DNA from: Scenedesmus sp. PABB004
Taxonomy: Eukaryota
Direction: 5' to 3'
DNA: 64,000 bases
Assembly (NCBI GenBank): GCA_014905635.1
Contig: JABVCE010000002.1
Location: 496,001-560,000 of the forward strand
Of this stretch, positions 37,959 through 50,020 are shown piece after piece (positions within the stretch are counted from its first letter, which is position 1; each line of letters opens with the position of its first letter). A program made the position numbers and the translations under genes. The notes under the pieces were generated by a model. The model was given only the letters and a program-made list of their open reading frames with translations, did not search any database and had not been told where the DNA came from.

Positions 37959-39712
37959 ATGGGCGCCGACGGCGGCGCCGCGCCGCCGCCCCTGCCGGAC
38001 GGGCCGCCGCCGCCGCTGCCCCAGGAGCCGCCGCCGCCGCTGCAGCAGCAGCAGCATGCGCCAGCTCAGGCGCCGCCGGAGCAGCCCGGCGGCGGCGCGG
38101 GGGCGAGCAGCAGCGCGCCGCGCGCGGCGCCGCCGCCCGACGCCAAGCCGAGCGCCGAGGAGGCGGCGCTGCTCAAGGTGCGGCGGGGGCGGCGCCGCAT
38201 GGGGGCGCGGCGCAGCGGGGGCACGGCGCAGCGGGCGCGGGGGCGGGGGCGGGCGACGACGAGCGCACGCGCGCGCCGCGCTCGCAGGAGTTTTTCTCTG
38301 AGATGAAGGACGTCGACCGCGACAACGAGGTCATGCGGTGCGCGACCGGCGCGCACGCGCGCGCACGCGCACATGCACGCCAGCGCCCCGCAGCAGCGTC
38401 GCGCCGCGCCGTGCCCGCCAGCGCCCGCCGGCCCGCACACGCGCGCCGCCGCGGCCGCCCGCCCGCCGCACCGCCGCGCCGCGTCGCAGCATCATGTTTG
38501 CGTTCAAGCTCAACCCGTACGAGAAGCTCAACCTGCGCTTCACGGCGACGCCGGAGGAGGTGCGGCGGCAGTACCGCAAGCTCAGCCTCATGGTCCACCC
38601 GGACAAGTGCAAGCACGAGGACGCGTCGGACGCGTTCGACGGTGCGCCCAGGACCAGCAGCGGCGGCAGCGGCAGCGGCGCGGCCGGCCTCTGCGGGCGC
38701 GCGGGGGGCGGGGCTCGACACGGGGCTGCGGCGGCGGCGGCCAACGCGCGCCCGCGCGCCCGCAGTGCTGGGCGCGGCGCAGAAGGAGCTGCTGAACGAG
38801 GAGAAGCGCGAGGCGCTGTGGAAGGTGCTGGACATGGCGCGAGGTGCGGCGGCGCGGCGCCCGTGGCGCCCGCGGCGGCGCGGGGACGCGGGGACGCGCA
38901 ACCGGAGGGCGGCCGGCGACCGGCCGCCGCCGCCGCCGCCGCCGCCGCCGCGCGCGCAGAGGAGGTGCGGGCGCAGCGCGAGAAAGAGACCAAGCACGAC
39001 ACCACGATTGAGCTGGCCGCGCTGCTGCACGAGGTGCGCCTGGCGGCCGGGCGGGGCGCCCCCGGTGCCAGCGGCGCCGGCGCTGCTGGGCGCGCCCGCG
39101 GCCCGCGGCCTGCGCTCACGCGCCGCCGCTGCGCGCTGCTGCCGCGCTCCCGCCCCCGCCCTCCCCGAGCGCAGAAGGGCAAGGAGGGCGTGCGGGAGCA
39201 GTACGAGGAGACGGACGAGTTCCACGAGCGCTGGCGGCTCAAGGCGCGCGACATGCTGGCCAAGAGCGAGTGGCGGCGCCGCAAGCTCACCAAGCGGGTG
39301 CGCCCGCGGCGGCGGCGCCCGCCCGCTGCGGCGGCGGCGGCCCGGGGCACGCCGCGCGCGGGAGGACGCGTGCCGTGCTCACGCCGCCGCCGCCGCGACC
39401 GCCGCGACCGCCGCCGCGGCCGCCGCGCAGCTCAAGGACGAGACCGCGCGCGTGAAGGAGGAGGTGGCGGAGCAGCGCGAGAACGCGAAGCGGCAGCGCG
39501 AGCACGACAAGGAGTGGGCGTCGACGCGCGACAGCCGCGTGGGCACGTGGCGGGACTACCTGAAGAAGGGCGGCAGCAAGGTGGGCGGGCACATCAAGCC
39601 GCCCAAGGCCAAGACCCACGACGAGGAGCGGCTCTATGTGCAGCGCCCCGTCGGCGAGCAGCACCGCCCGCCGCCGCCCAAGCCCGCGGGGCCCAAGAAG
39701 CAGAAGCACTAG
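37959..39712 (+). CDS. DNAJC8: J-domain protein DNAJC8/Spf31
   Basis: FFSEMKDVDRDNEV, FKLNPYE, YRKLSLMVHPDKC, WASTRDSRVGTWRDY; 7 exons. Confidence 0.92.
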
Positions 39713-39897
39713 GCGCGCCCGCGCGCGTTGTGGGCGCCGGCACCTGCAGCGGCAGGCTGCCGCGCCCGCCGCGCGGTGTGGGTGTCGTGGGGCCGCGGGT
39801 GCAGCAGTTGCGCGGGCTCTGCGCGCCGGCCGGCGCGGGCGGCGCAGCTGCGTCGGCCCCCCGGGCGGGTAACGCGGAGCTGCGGCGCGTGCACAGC

Positions 39898-39902
39898 TTA
39901 CA
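39898..39902 (-). promoter_or_regulatory. TGTAA polyadenylation signal of the Cys-module gene
   Basis: Chlorophyte poly(A) signal about 230 nt downstream of the stop at 40129. Confidence 0.6.
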
Positions 39903-40128
39903 CACGCGCGGGGCGGCAGCGCTGGCTGCCCCCGCCGCCCGTTCAGGTCTGGTCAAGTCTCGCGTGCCTCAGTCCCCTGGCAGCAGCCAGGCAGGTCGGG
40001 TTCCTAGCTGGCGCGGCACGAGCACGCCAGGCTCGACCCAGTGCAAGCTCCCAGCAGTGTCTCAACCGGTCGGCGCGGCAGCGGGGCCGGCCCTTCACAA
40101 GGGGGCAGTGTGCGGCGCGCGCGCGCGC

Positions 40129-42837
40129 TCACAGCGCCAGCATGCCGAACAGGGCCGCGGCGGCGGCGGCGAGCGACGCCGCGCGCGACACGGCGCCCGC
40201 GAGCGCGCTGTTCCTGGGCGGGGGCGACGGCGAGGGCGCCGGCGCCTCGGGCACGACGCGCTCGAGCAGCGTGCTGTTGGCAGGGACCGAGTAGACGGCG
40301 ACGCACGCGCCCTGCGTGACCTGCAGGCCCGCCGCCACGGGCGCGATGGTCAGCGCCTCCGCCTCGCTCAGCGGGAACGCGCCGGCCACGCCCGTCATCA
40401 CGCCTGGCGGCGGCGGCGGCGGCGCGCGGCGGGGGGGGGGGGGGCGGCGTGGGCGGGCGCCACACGCACGCACGTCACCAGCTGGCCCGCGCAGCGCGCA
40501 GCCGGGCGCGGTGTGGCGCCGGTGGCCGGCCTCACCCGTGTCGGCGTCAAACTCCACCTCGCCCACGCCCACGATGCCCGTGCAGCCGTCACCCTGGCGC
40601 GTGAGCACGGCGCCCGTGCACTCGGCGTTGTAGAAGACGGACAGCTCCGCGGACTCAAGGCAGGCGGGCGCGACGACGCCGGTGCAGTTGGTGGCGTTGC
40701 CGACCAGGGTCAGCATGCCGCTCGCGCTCACGGTCGTGTCGCCCGCTGCGGTGCGGGGCGAGGGGCGGCGGCGGTGAGCTCGAGCGCGCGAGCGCTCGGG
40801 CGCGGCGGCGGCCGCCGAGCCGGTGCGCGGGCGGCGTGGCGGGCGCCGCGGGCGGCGCGGGCGTGCGGCGCGCACCCATGAAGCAGTTGGCCTTGGTGGC
40901 GGTCACGTCGGCGGCGGAGAGGTTTTTGGCGCGGAGGAAGTCGCCGATGGGGTCGATCGGGCTGCAGCACGCCTCCATTGCGGCGGCGGGGGCGAGGCCG
41001 CCGATGGCCGGCGACGCCGCGCCGGAGGCGAGGACCTTGGGGACCATGAGCGCCTCGCATTCAAACGCGTCGGTGGTGTTGGCGTTGACGTCGGGGTTGG
41101 CGCACGTCGCGTTGGCCGGCCAGGCCTGCGCATCACGAGGGGCGCGGCGCGGCGCGCGGCGCGGCGCGCTGGGCCGGGCGTGCGCATGCGAGGCGGGGGC
41201 GGCGGCGGGCGGCGCCGGCGCGCGGGCGGGCGGGCGCGGCGGGCGGGCGCAGCGCACTCACGCAGCACGCCTCGTCGTTGGCTGCATTAAGCGCGTCGTT
41301 CGCAGCGACCATCTCATCAGAAACGCCGTCGAGGGTCACGTTCACGTTGGCCGCGGCCGCCATCATGCCGGCGGGGCAGCCAGGGGTCTCCGTGTGGGCC
41401 GCGCAGGTCTGCGCGCGCCGGCGGCGCGCAGTGAGGAGCCGGACGCGGGCGGGCTGGCCGGCCAGCAGCCCCCTCCCCTCTCCCGCGCCGCGCCGGACGC
41501 AGGGGTGGCGGCGGCGGCGGCGGCGGCGCGCACCGCGACGCAGCAGGCCGCGCGGGCGGTGGCGGGCGAGGAGCCGTTGATGGTAATGTTGGCGTTTCCG
41601 GCGACGTAGTTCCAGCCCGCAGGGCAGCCGGGCTCGTCGGCGATGTCGGCGCACGTCTTCGGTGTGTCGGCGGGGAAGATCTGCGGGGGGAGGGGCGAGG
41701 GGCGGGCAGCAGCGGGCGGGGGCGCGTGAGGGGCGCGTGAGTGGGCAGCCGTGGCGCGGGCCGCGCGCCGCGTGGCTGCCAGGCGGCGGCCGCGCGGGCC
41801 GCGGCGCTCACGCAGCAGGCCTCGATGGCGGCAGCCCCGCTCAGGCCGCCGGTACTGACGTTGACGTTGGCGGGCGCGTTGACAAACCCAGACAGGGCGC
41901 CGCAGTCGATGTTGCCACAGGTCTGCGCGCCGCGCAGCGCGCGGGACGGGGCGTGAGGCTGGCGCGCGGCGCGGCGGGCAGCCGGGTGCGCTCGGGGCCG
42001 GACCCCACGCCCCCAGGCCCCAAGAGCCAGCTCGCACCGGCGCAACGCAGCAGGTGTCCTGGGCGTCGGCGGGCAGGGAGCCCGCAGCAAGGGCCGCGGG
42101 GCTCAGTTTGTTCACGGTGCCCTCAGCGCAGATCACCTCGGCAGCGCCGCAGGTGGTGGCGTTGGCGTACACCTGCAGGCGGCGGGAGCGCGGCGTACAC
42201 CTGCAGGTGAGGGGGCCGTCGCCCTGGGCCGGGCCGCCTGGGCGCCAGCGGCAGCGCGCGCCCGTCGCCGCGCGCGCGGCAGCGCAGGCCCTCACGCAGC
42301 AGGCGGCCGCCTTGGTCGCGTTCGTGGCCGAGATGGTCACGTTGATCGCGTCGCTGAGCTCAAGCCCGGCCGTGCACGTCACGCCAGAGTCGACGCAGGT
42401 CTGGGTGGTCTGCGGGCGGGCGGCAGCAAGGCACAGGCAGGAGGGCGTGAGCGCCGGCGCCGGGCAGCAGTGCGAGGTGGCGCAACGGCACGGTGCGCGA
42501 CCAGCGAGGCCGAGCGGGGCGCGCGCGGCCTGCCAGCATGCTGCAGGGCTTGTGGGGAATCGGGATCGGGGGCGCGCGGCGGGTCGTGGCGCCGGGGGGC
42601 GCGGGCGCGGCGCGCTGCCCGCCCGGTCAACGCGCGCTCGGGCGGGCTGCCTGGCGCGCTGCGGGCTGCTGCGAGCGCTGTAGGCGCTGATAGCGTCCCG
42701 GTAGCTGTGCTGCGCGGGTCCCCGGCCCTCCCCGGGGCCGCAGCCCTCGGCGGGCGCACCTGCAGCAGCGCGCGGCCCTGTGCGCCCGCGGCGAGCGCGG
42801 CCAGCGCGAGGGCCAGCATGACCTTGCTGCTGGCCAT
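40129..42837 (-). CDS. Secreted, probably GPI-anchored surface glycoprotein with six exon-encoded 4-Cys modules (488 aa)
   Basis: Exons 42837-42760, 42409-42296, 42172-42038, 41922-41812, 41680-41534, 41408-41262, 41125-40876, 40745-40536, 40403-40129 join in frame. Signal peptide, six TC-x-C-x-CC modules, PAPSPSPPP stalk, RNSA plus hydrophobic tail. Confidence 0.85.
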
Positions 42838-43290
42838 GGTGGTCGTGCCTGGATCGACGCGGCGGGGCCGGGCGGGCTGCGAGCAGGCGGGCTGCTGGCT
42901 GCGCGCGGGCGAGGTGACGGGCGTGTCCTGCGTGGGCGACGGTGAGGTGCGGGAGTGGTGTGAAAAGTCGGGGGGAAGGCTTAAGCGGTGGCGGGGCGGG
43001 CGGACGGGTTTTCGCGCCTTCGGCCGCGCGCGTGCCGAGCGGCCGAGCGATTATGTCATGGTGCAGCGTCGCGACCAGGCCCCGCGAGCCGCACGCCCTG
43101 GTGGCGGCTGCCAGACGTCGCGCAGGCCCGTCGGCGCGCGCGGCGGGTCCGGCGGGGCCGGGGCGCGGAGCAAGCGCGGCTGGCGTCGGTGCCGTGGCGG
43201 GAACGCGCCGTGCGGCCGGCTGCGGGCCCGCCTGGGGCTGCGGCGCGCCAGGAACGCGAAAGACGGTCCGGGGAGCCGCTCTCACTGCAG

Positions 43291-44046
43291 CGGCTGGCAC
43301 GGCGGCGCCGGGCTGGAGGGCCCGGGGCGGCTGCCGGCAGGCGCGTGCGACGTGCTGGTCTGCGCGCGCGGCGGCGACGGCATGCTGGAGGTGCGCGGCG
43401 CGGCGACGAGGGGCAGGCTGGGGGCCTGCGGGCGCGGCGCGCGCTGCAGCCCGCGCGCTGCGTGCGGGCGCGCCTCACCCGCCGCGCCGCGCGCCGCCGC
43501 GCGCCGCAGCACCGCATGGCGGTCGTCGCGCAGCTCTGGGGCGCGGGCCTGGCCGCGCAGCTGGTGCCGCGGGCGGTGCCGAGCCTGACGGAGGCGTGGG
43601 AGTATGCGGCGGGGTGCGGCGCGCGCTGGCTGGCCATACTCGACGAGCGCTCGCTGGCGCCGCCGGGGCTGGTGCGCGTGCGGGGCCTGGAGCGCAAGGG
43701 CGAGGACGCGACCATCCCCCTCGCCGACCTCGCCCGATTCCTGCAGCTCGGGCTCAGCGGCGCGCAGGACGTGCAGCGCGCCGCGGCCGCGCCCGGCGGC
43801 TCCGCGTTTGCGCACGGCGCCGGCAGCCTCGCCGGCCTGGCCGGCGCCGCGTCGGGCGGCAGCGCCAGCGCCGGCGGCCTCGCGGGCCTGGGCCTCCGCG
43901 GGCTGCACCGCTCGGGCAGCGACGTGCGCCTCGGCGCCGCGGGCGAGAGCGTGGACTCGGAGCTGGAGGCGCGCGAGCGCGAGGGCGGCGGCGGCACGGC
44001 GGCGCGCCGACGCACGTATGGCGCCCGAGCGGACGCTGCGCCCTGA
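43291..44046 (+). pseudogene. 5'-truncated copy of the GCN2 C-terminal anticodon-binding-like domain
   Basis: DVLVCARGGDGMLE|HRMAVVAQLWGAGLAAQLVPRAVPSLTEAWEYA...VRVRGLE matches the plant GCN2 C-terminus; intron 43391-43509 kept; no room upstream for kinase or HisRS-like exons. Confidence 0.7.
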
Positions 44047-44170
44047 GCCCCGCCGCGCGCGTACGCGCGACCGCCGCCGCTACCCCTGCGCGCGCCCCGC
44101 CACAGCGGCCCCCACACCGCCAGCGGTCGGGGTCAGTTGCTAGCTAGCGCATGCAGGCAGGCGAGCCGTG

Positions 44171-45982
44171 ATGGGCTCCGACTGGGGCGGCCGCGGCGCG
44201 CCCGCCGGCGCCGCGTCCAGCAGCAGGCTCAAGAGCGTGTTGCCGTTGCTGGTGGTCGCCTTTCTCATAGGATGGTGCAGCAGCTGGACGCGCAACGGCA
44301 GCCGCGTGACGCTGCAGGCGGCGCTGTCGGCGACGAGCAGCAGCAGCGGCGCCGCTCCCACGGCCCCCAGCGCGAGGCTGGCCCAGTGGGTGCTCGGGGA
44401 GAAGTGCCAGCAGGATGAGATCAAGGATCAGGTCGAGCTGATGAGGGCCGCGGTCGCGAACGGGAAGAGCAGGCGCGCCGCGGAAAGTCCGGCGCTGCTG
44501 CCGCCGCGCGCGCCGGCTCGCGCTGGGACCGCTGGGAGCGCTGGGAGCGCTGCCGGGAGGCGGCGGTGTCTGTGCCTTCGCAGTGGGGGCGCGCCGCAGG
44601 CGGGAGCGCGGGCGGGTGGCGCGGCGGCCGCGCGGCAGCAGCAGCGACGCCGACGCCGCCGCGCGCCGCGTCGCCCCGCAGCTGCCCCCCGTTCCACTAC
44701 CTGCTGGACCTGGAGCTGTTCCTGGGGCTGCACCCCGTGGTGTTCGACGTCGGTGCGCGCGCTGCGTGCCGCCCGCGCCGCGCCGGGGCCGCGGCCGCGC
44801 GCCGCCGCCGACACCCGCCGCCGCGCCGCCCACGCTCGGTGCAGGCTGCAACAAGGGCTACGACACGGCGATGCTGTTTGAGGCGTTCACGTCGGGCGAG
44901 GCGCTCACGCGGCGCGCGCTGGGCGCGTTCTACGAGGCCTCGCCCGAGCTGAGCAAGGTCATGGCGGCCATGAACGGCGGCACCTGCGGCGTGTGCAACG
45001 ACTGCCGCGAGGCCTTTGACGCGCCGCGCCGTCGCGCCGCGCCGCCGGGGCGGCAGCTCACCGTGCACTGCTTCGAGCCGTCGGCGACCAACTTTGGCGC
45101 GCTGCGCCAGATGCACGCGCGCTTCGTCGGCGCCTCCAACGTGACCGCGCGCGGCAACGCACTGCTCCTGCACAACGCGGCGCTCTCCAACACGACCGGC
45201 ACCGTCAGCATGCCGAGCAACTGCGGCGAGCTGTGCACGGCGAGCCCCGCGCGCGCGCCGCCTGCGCTGCGCCGCGCCGCGCCGCGCCGCGCGCCTGCCG
45301 GCCGCCGCCCACGCGCCGCGCGCGCGCCGCCGCAGGTCCAGCCGGGCGCCAAGGCCGCGCCCGGGAGCACGCTGGTGCCGCTGAGCACGGTCGACGCGAC
45401 CATGGAGGCGCTGGGGCTGGACGAGCTGTTTATGCTCAAGATTGACACAGGCGAGAGACAGAGACAGAGGGTGGCCGGGCGCGGCGGGCGCGGGGGGCGG
45501 CGCGGCGGCGCGGTGCCCCCCCCCCCCGCCGCCGCCGCGCGGCTGCGCAGCGCCCGCGGCCGCGCGGCCACGGGCGGTGCGCCGCGGCGCCCGCCCGCCC
45601 GCCCGCTGGCCCACCGCTGGCCCGCCGCCGCCGCCGCCGCCGCCGCCGTGCGCCGGCGCGCGGCGCAGAGGGCTACGACCCGCTCGTGCTGCAGGGCGCG
45701 GCGGGCGCGCTGGCGCGGCACGCGGTGAGCCTGGTGCTGTTTGAGTACAACACGGGCGGCGTGTGGGGCGCGGGGTTCAGCCTGCGCGGCGTGACGGAGC
45801 GGCTCGAGGGCCTGGGGTACGTGTGCTACCTCGAGGGGTCGCTGCTCACGCGCCTCACGGGCTGCTGGAGCGACGACATGGAGTTCAAGGCCTGGTCAAA
45901 CGTCATCTGCGTCGCCGCGTCGCGCCCCGTGGCCGCGGCGCTGCGCGCGTACAGCCTCGCGCCGTTGCGCGGCCGCTACTGA
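44171..45982 (+). CDS. FkbM-family SAM methyltransferase, type II membrane
   Basis: N-terminal TM VLPLLVVAFLIGW; VFDVGCNKG, VHCFEP, NAALSN, LKIDT|EGYD, VLFEY. Confidence 0.88.
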
Positions 45983-46744
45983 GCGCCCGCGAGCGCCGCC
46001 CGCGCGCGGGGCGGCGCCGGGCGGCGCGCGGGCCCGCGGCGCCGCCGGGATCGCGGCGGCCGCGCGTCGGGCTGCGTGGTGCGGGCGGGCGGTGTTCGGA
46101 CGTCCGACAGCGAGGGGTGTGGCGGGCGTTCACAGTGCGTGGGCGCCTCGGCCGCCTCCGTTGCTGTGGCGGCGCGCCCGTCACAGCCACCTCCCCTTTT
46201 TGCTGCGCCGAGGGTTTGGCTGGCTTGGCCGGGAGCACCTGGGCACTTGTGCTGTTGCACAGGCTAGGCGTTGCATGCTGGCGCGAGACACAGGGCAAGG
46301 GAGGGGGCGCAGCGCCTGGCCGATCGATCGAGCGCAGGGCCGCCTGCGCGGCCGCATTGCGTGGTGCACGAGTGACGCCGCCGGCGCGCGGCTGAGGCGC
46401 TTGTGTCGCTGTTGTTGCTCACACTGAACTCAACCTTGCGCGGCGAAGTAATGAGTTGTTGCGGTCCGAAGCGCCGCAGCGTGCGCCGCCGCCGTGGCGT
46501 CGGCGTGGGCGCCAGCGCGGCGCCCAGTGCGTCGAGGGAGGCACGGTACGGCTCTCAGACGCGCGAGCAGGGCGAACTAGGCAGCCCCGGTGCAATGGCG
46601 AGCCGGGCCAAGCCGCGGCGCTGCGCCCCGCGCCCGCAACGGCGCGCCGCCGAGCCGCCCGCCGTCACGCTGATCTCTCGCACGGAACTGGCGCCCCCTG
46701 CGCCCCCTGGCAGCCCCGCCGCCGCCCCGGAGCCGCCGCTGCGC

Positions 46745-48326
46745 CGCGCTGCTCCCCCCGGGCCGCTGCAGCCCCGCTGAGCCCATTGCGCGGCCGAGCG
46801 GGGCGGGCATGGCGAGGCCTCACGCGCACAGGGGCGGCCACCCGCGCCGGCGCGTGATGCTGCAGCGCGCCGCGCTGCTCGCGATGGGGGTCGCCGGCGC
46901 GTTCCTGCTGGGCAAGGCGGCGATGCTCGCCGCGCGCGTGGCGCTGCCGCTGGACATGCCCACCCTGAGAATGCGGTGCGCGCGGCGCGTGCGCGCCGCG
47001 GCCGGCAGCAGGCGCCGCGCCTGCACCGCCGCCCGCGCGCGGCCCGCCACACGTCGCCCGCCCCCGCTCACGCGCCGCAGCGGCGTGCTGAGGCTGCGCG
47101 ACGTGAGCACCGATGATGTGGAGGCCCGGTGGCTGCGCGCGGAGGCAGCCAAGGCGGTCATGCCCAAGGACCCGACCTGGCAGCACATGACGCCCGAGCA
47201 GCTGCGCGACGCGCTGCCGGTGCGCGTCATCTCGCTGACGCGCGCCAAGGAGCGGCGGGAGGTCATCGTCAAGCAGCTGGAACGAGCGGGTGCGGCTGGT
47301 GGCCGCAGCGGCGGCTGGTGCTGGCGCCACCGGGCCAGGCGCCGCGCCAGCCTGCAGGGCGGGCCGCAGCAGCCTGCCACGGCCGCGAGCGCCCCTCCCC
47401 TGCGCTGCCCCCAGGCCTGTCGTACGAGGTGTTTGACGCCGTGGACGGCCGCAACACCTCGCTGCCTGACAGCGAGGTCGCACGGTGCGGCGGTGCCGCG
47501 GCGGCGGTGGTTGCGCAGGCGCGCCTGCGCGGCCGTGACGCCCTGCGCACACGCACGCACACGGCCACTCGCTCGCACGCCGCCTGGCAGGTTTGTGCGC
47601 GGCGTGCGCCTGGGGCTGTGGCGGAAGGGCCACGCCTTCCACCGCGGCAAGGTGGCCATCGACCTGTCGCACCTGATCAACCTGGAGCGCACCGTGCGAG
47701 AGAACCGCTCCGCCGTCCTCATTGAAGATGACGCAGGCATCCCGTCTGGCACGCCCAACTGGTACGCCCGGCTGCTGGCGGCGCTGCGTGAGCTGCCCCA
47801 GGTGCGGTGCGGCGCCGCACCGCACGTGCCCGCCGGCGGGCACGCGCCAGCAGCCAGCGGCGGCCCGTCGCCCCACCAGCTGCGCGCGCTGTTGGCGCAC
47901 CGCTGTCAGGATTGGGACATGCTGTACCTGAACGCCTGCTTCACGACCGTCGGCAAGCGGATCGGCGAGCGCATTGCGGTGCTGCGCGGCGGCGCGTGCA
48001 CGCTGGGCTACGCAATCACGCCCAAGCACGCGCGCGCGGTGCTGGCGTCGGTGAGCTCGGCCAGCCGCAAGGGCCTGACGCCTTTCATCGACCTGCTTTA
48101 CCAAGTGAGCCAGGTCCAGGGGTGGCAGCGGGGAGCCAGGCTGCTGCGCAGGCCGGCCGACCCACACGGCTGGCCGCGCGCCGCCACCCGCCGCCCGCTG
48201 TCGCGCGCGGCAGGACCTGATGCAGCACGGCGAGGCCAACGCGTACATCTGCACGCCGCCGCTGCTCGACTACGCCGATCAGTCGCGGCGGTCGACCATC
48301 GACTACGGCAGCGGCGCAGCGGGGCT
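46745..48326 (+). repeat. Gene-sized direct duplication, copy A (partner about 59857-61429)
   Basis: Near-identical including introns, offset 13,103 bp over the body. Confidence 0.95.
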
Positions 48327-48357
48327 GACCTGGTGGGAGCGCCTGTGGGTGCCATAG
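46809..48357 (+). CDS. Glycosyltransferase family 25, copy A (type II membrane)
   Basis: VISLTRAKERR, FDAVDG, LSH, IEDDA, WDMLYL, TLGYAIT; N-terminal TM; 6 exons. Confidence 0.88.
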
Positions 48358-48556
48358 GGCCAGCCTGTTGCGGCGCCGCCGCCGCTCAGTGGTGGGGGCT
48401 GCGCGCGCGCCGCGCGGTTCGAGCCTCGCGCGAGCGCGTGGCGGCTGGCGTGCAAAGAGGGAGCGCATCGCATTACCGTGCACGCGCGACACACCAAACG
48501 CCCGACCGCCTGCCTGGCACAGGCAGCCATCGACCCAGCGCCAGCTCCGCGCCCGC

Positions 48557-49985
48557 TCAGCCCCGCGGCGGCGGCGGCGGCGGCAGGCCGCGGTCAATGT
48601 TGTCCAGCACCCAGGCCGGCGTCTCGCGGCTGGACAGCCAGAGCGCCGCGCCATTCGACTTGTGCTTGAAGTCCGGCGCCTTGGGGTTGCGCTTCTGCGG
48701 GGCGCGCGCCGCGTGAGCGCGGCGGCTGCGCCGGCTGCGCCGGCCGCGGCGGCCGCGCCGCCGCGGGCGCGCCGCCGTCCCCGCCCCGCCGCCGGCGCGC
48801 CGCGCGTGCCCCGCGGCGCTCACGTTGGCGCGGTTGTCCCACCACTCGCGGTAGCTGGTGAACACGCTCACCCACTGCGCCTCGCCCTCGCTGCTGGGCT
48901 CCGCCGGCAGGAAGTCGGCGCCCGGGGCGGGCCCGCCGGCGCGGCCGCGCCCAGCGAGCCGCCCGCCGGCGGCGCGTAGGGCCGGGCGCCCGGGAGCAGC
49001 TGCAGGCTGCCGAACACCCACGCCGGCGTGACGTTGCTGTCGACCCACAGCGCGGCGCCGTCGGCCTTGCGCTTGAAGTCGGGCTGGCGCCCCGTTTTCT
49101 GCGGCGCCGCGCGGCCGCGGTCGCGGCCGGCCGGTCGGCCCCCCGCCGCGCGCCCGTCCCCCGCCGCCCCCTCCCCGCGCGCCGCCCCGCGCACCGTGTC
49201 GCGGTTGTCGTACCAGCCGCCCGGGTCAGCATAAAGGCTCATCCACAGCGCCTCCTTGTCGCTGCCCGGCACCTCTGGCATGCCCGGCGCGGCCACGGGC
49301 GCCGGGCCGGGCGGCGCGGCCGCCGCGCTCGCGGCGCGCTGCTGCTCGAGCTGCCCGGGCGTCGCCGCCGGCAGCGGGCCCTCGCCGCCGACGACGAGGC
49401 TCTCGGGGCTGGGCGTGGCGACCATGCCGATGTCGTTGGCCGCGACCTGCCGCGCCGCGCGGCGACAGGGCGGCGTCGCCCGGGCGCGCCCAGCCGCTCG
49501 CCCCGCGCGCGCGAGCGCAGCAGCGACCCCGCCGCGGCCGCGGGGCCCGCTGCCGCCGGCGCGCACCCGCACGCTCGCGCCGCCGAGCTCGTCAAACACG
49601 ACCGTCAGGCGGCCCTGCACCTGCACCTGCGCGTCCTCACGCAGCAGCTCCGCGGCGCGCTCGACCCACTCGGGGTTTGAAAACTCGACGCGGAAGCTGC
49701 GGGCCGGCGCGCGCGCCGCGCCGCGCGCCGCGCGTCAGCCCCTCGGCCCGCCGGCACTGGGCCCGCTGCGCCGCGCCGCGCCGCGCCGCGCCGCGCCGCG
49801 CCGCCGCTCACGAGTCAAACGCCGGGCCCTCCGCGCCGGCGTCGCGCGGCACGCGCAGCATGAAGGCGTAGCTGCCGCCCGGGCCGCGCGAGGGGCTGGC
49901 GAGGCTGCCCGTCAGCGCCACAAAGTTGACGTACTGCGCGGCGCGGCGCGCGGCGTTCAGCGCGCCGCGCGGCCGCCGCGCCGCT

Positions 49986-50020
<35 letters not shown>

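Noticed and set aside
42163..42207. Duplicated acceptor CTGCAG|GTGTACGCC 28 nt upstream of exon 3 of the Cys-module gene
   Set aside because: Out of frame; probably a local micro-duplication.
44109..44147. GC hairpin followed by CTAGCTAG after the GCN2 fragment, like a Helitron 3' end
   Set aside because: CTAG is not followed by T, no 5' terminus or RepHel gene was found, and such hairpins are common in GC-rich DNA.
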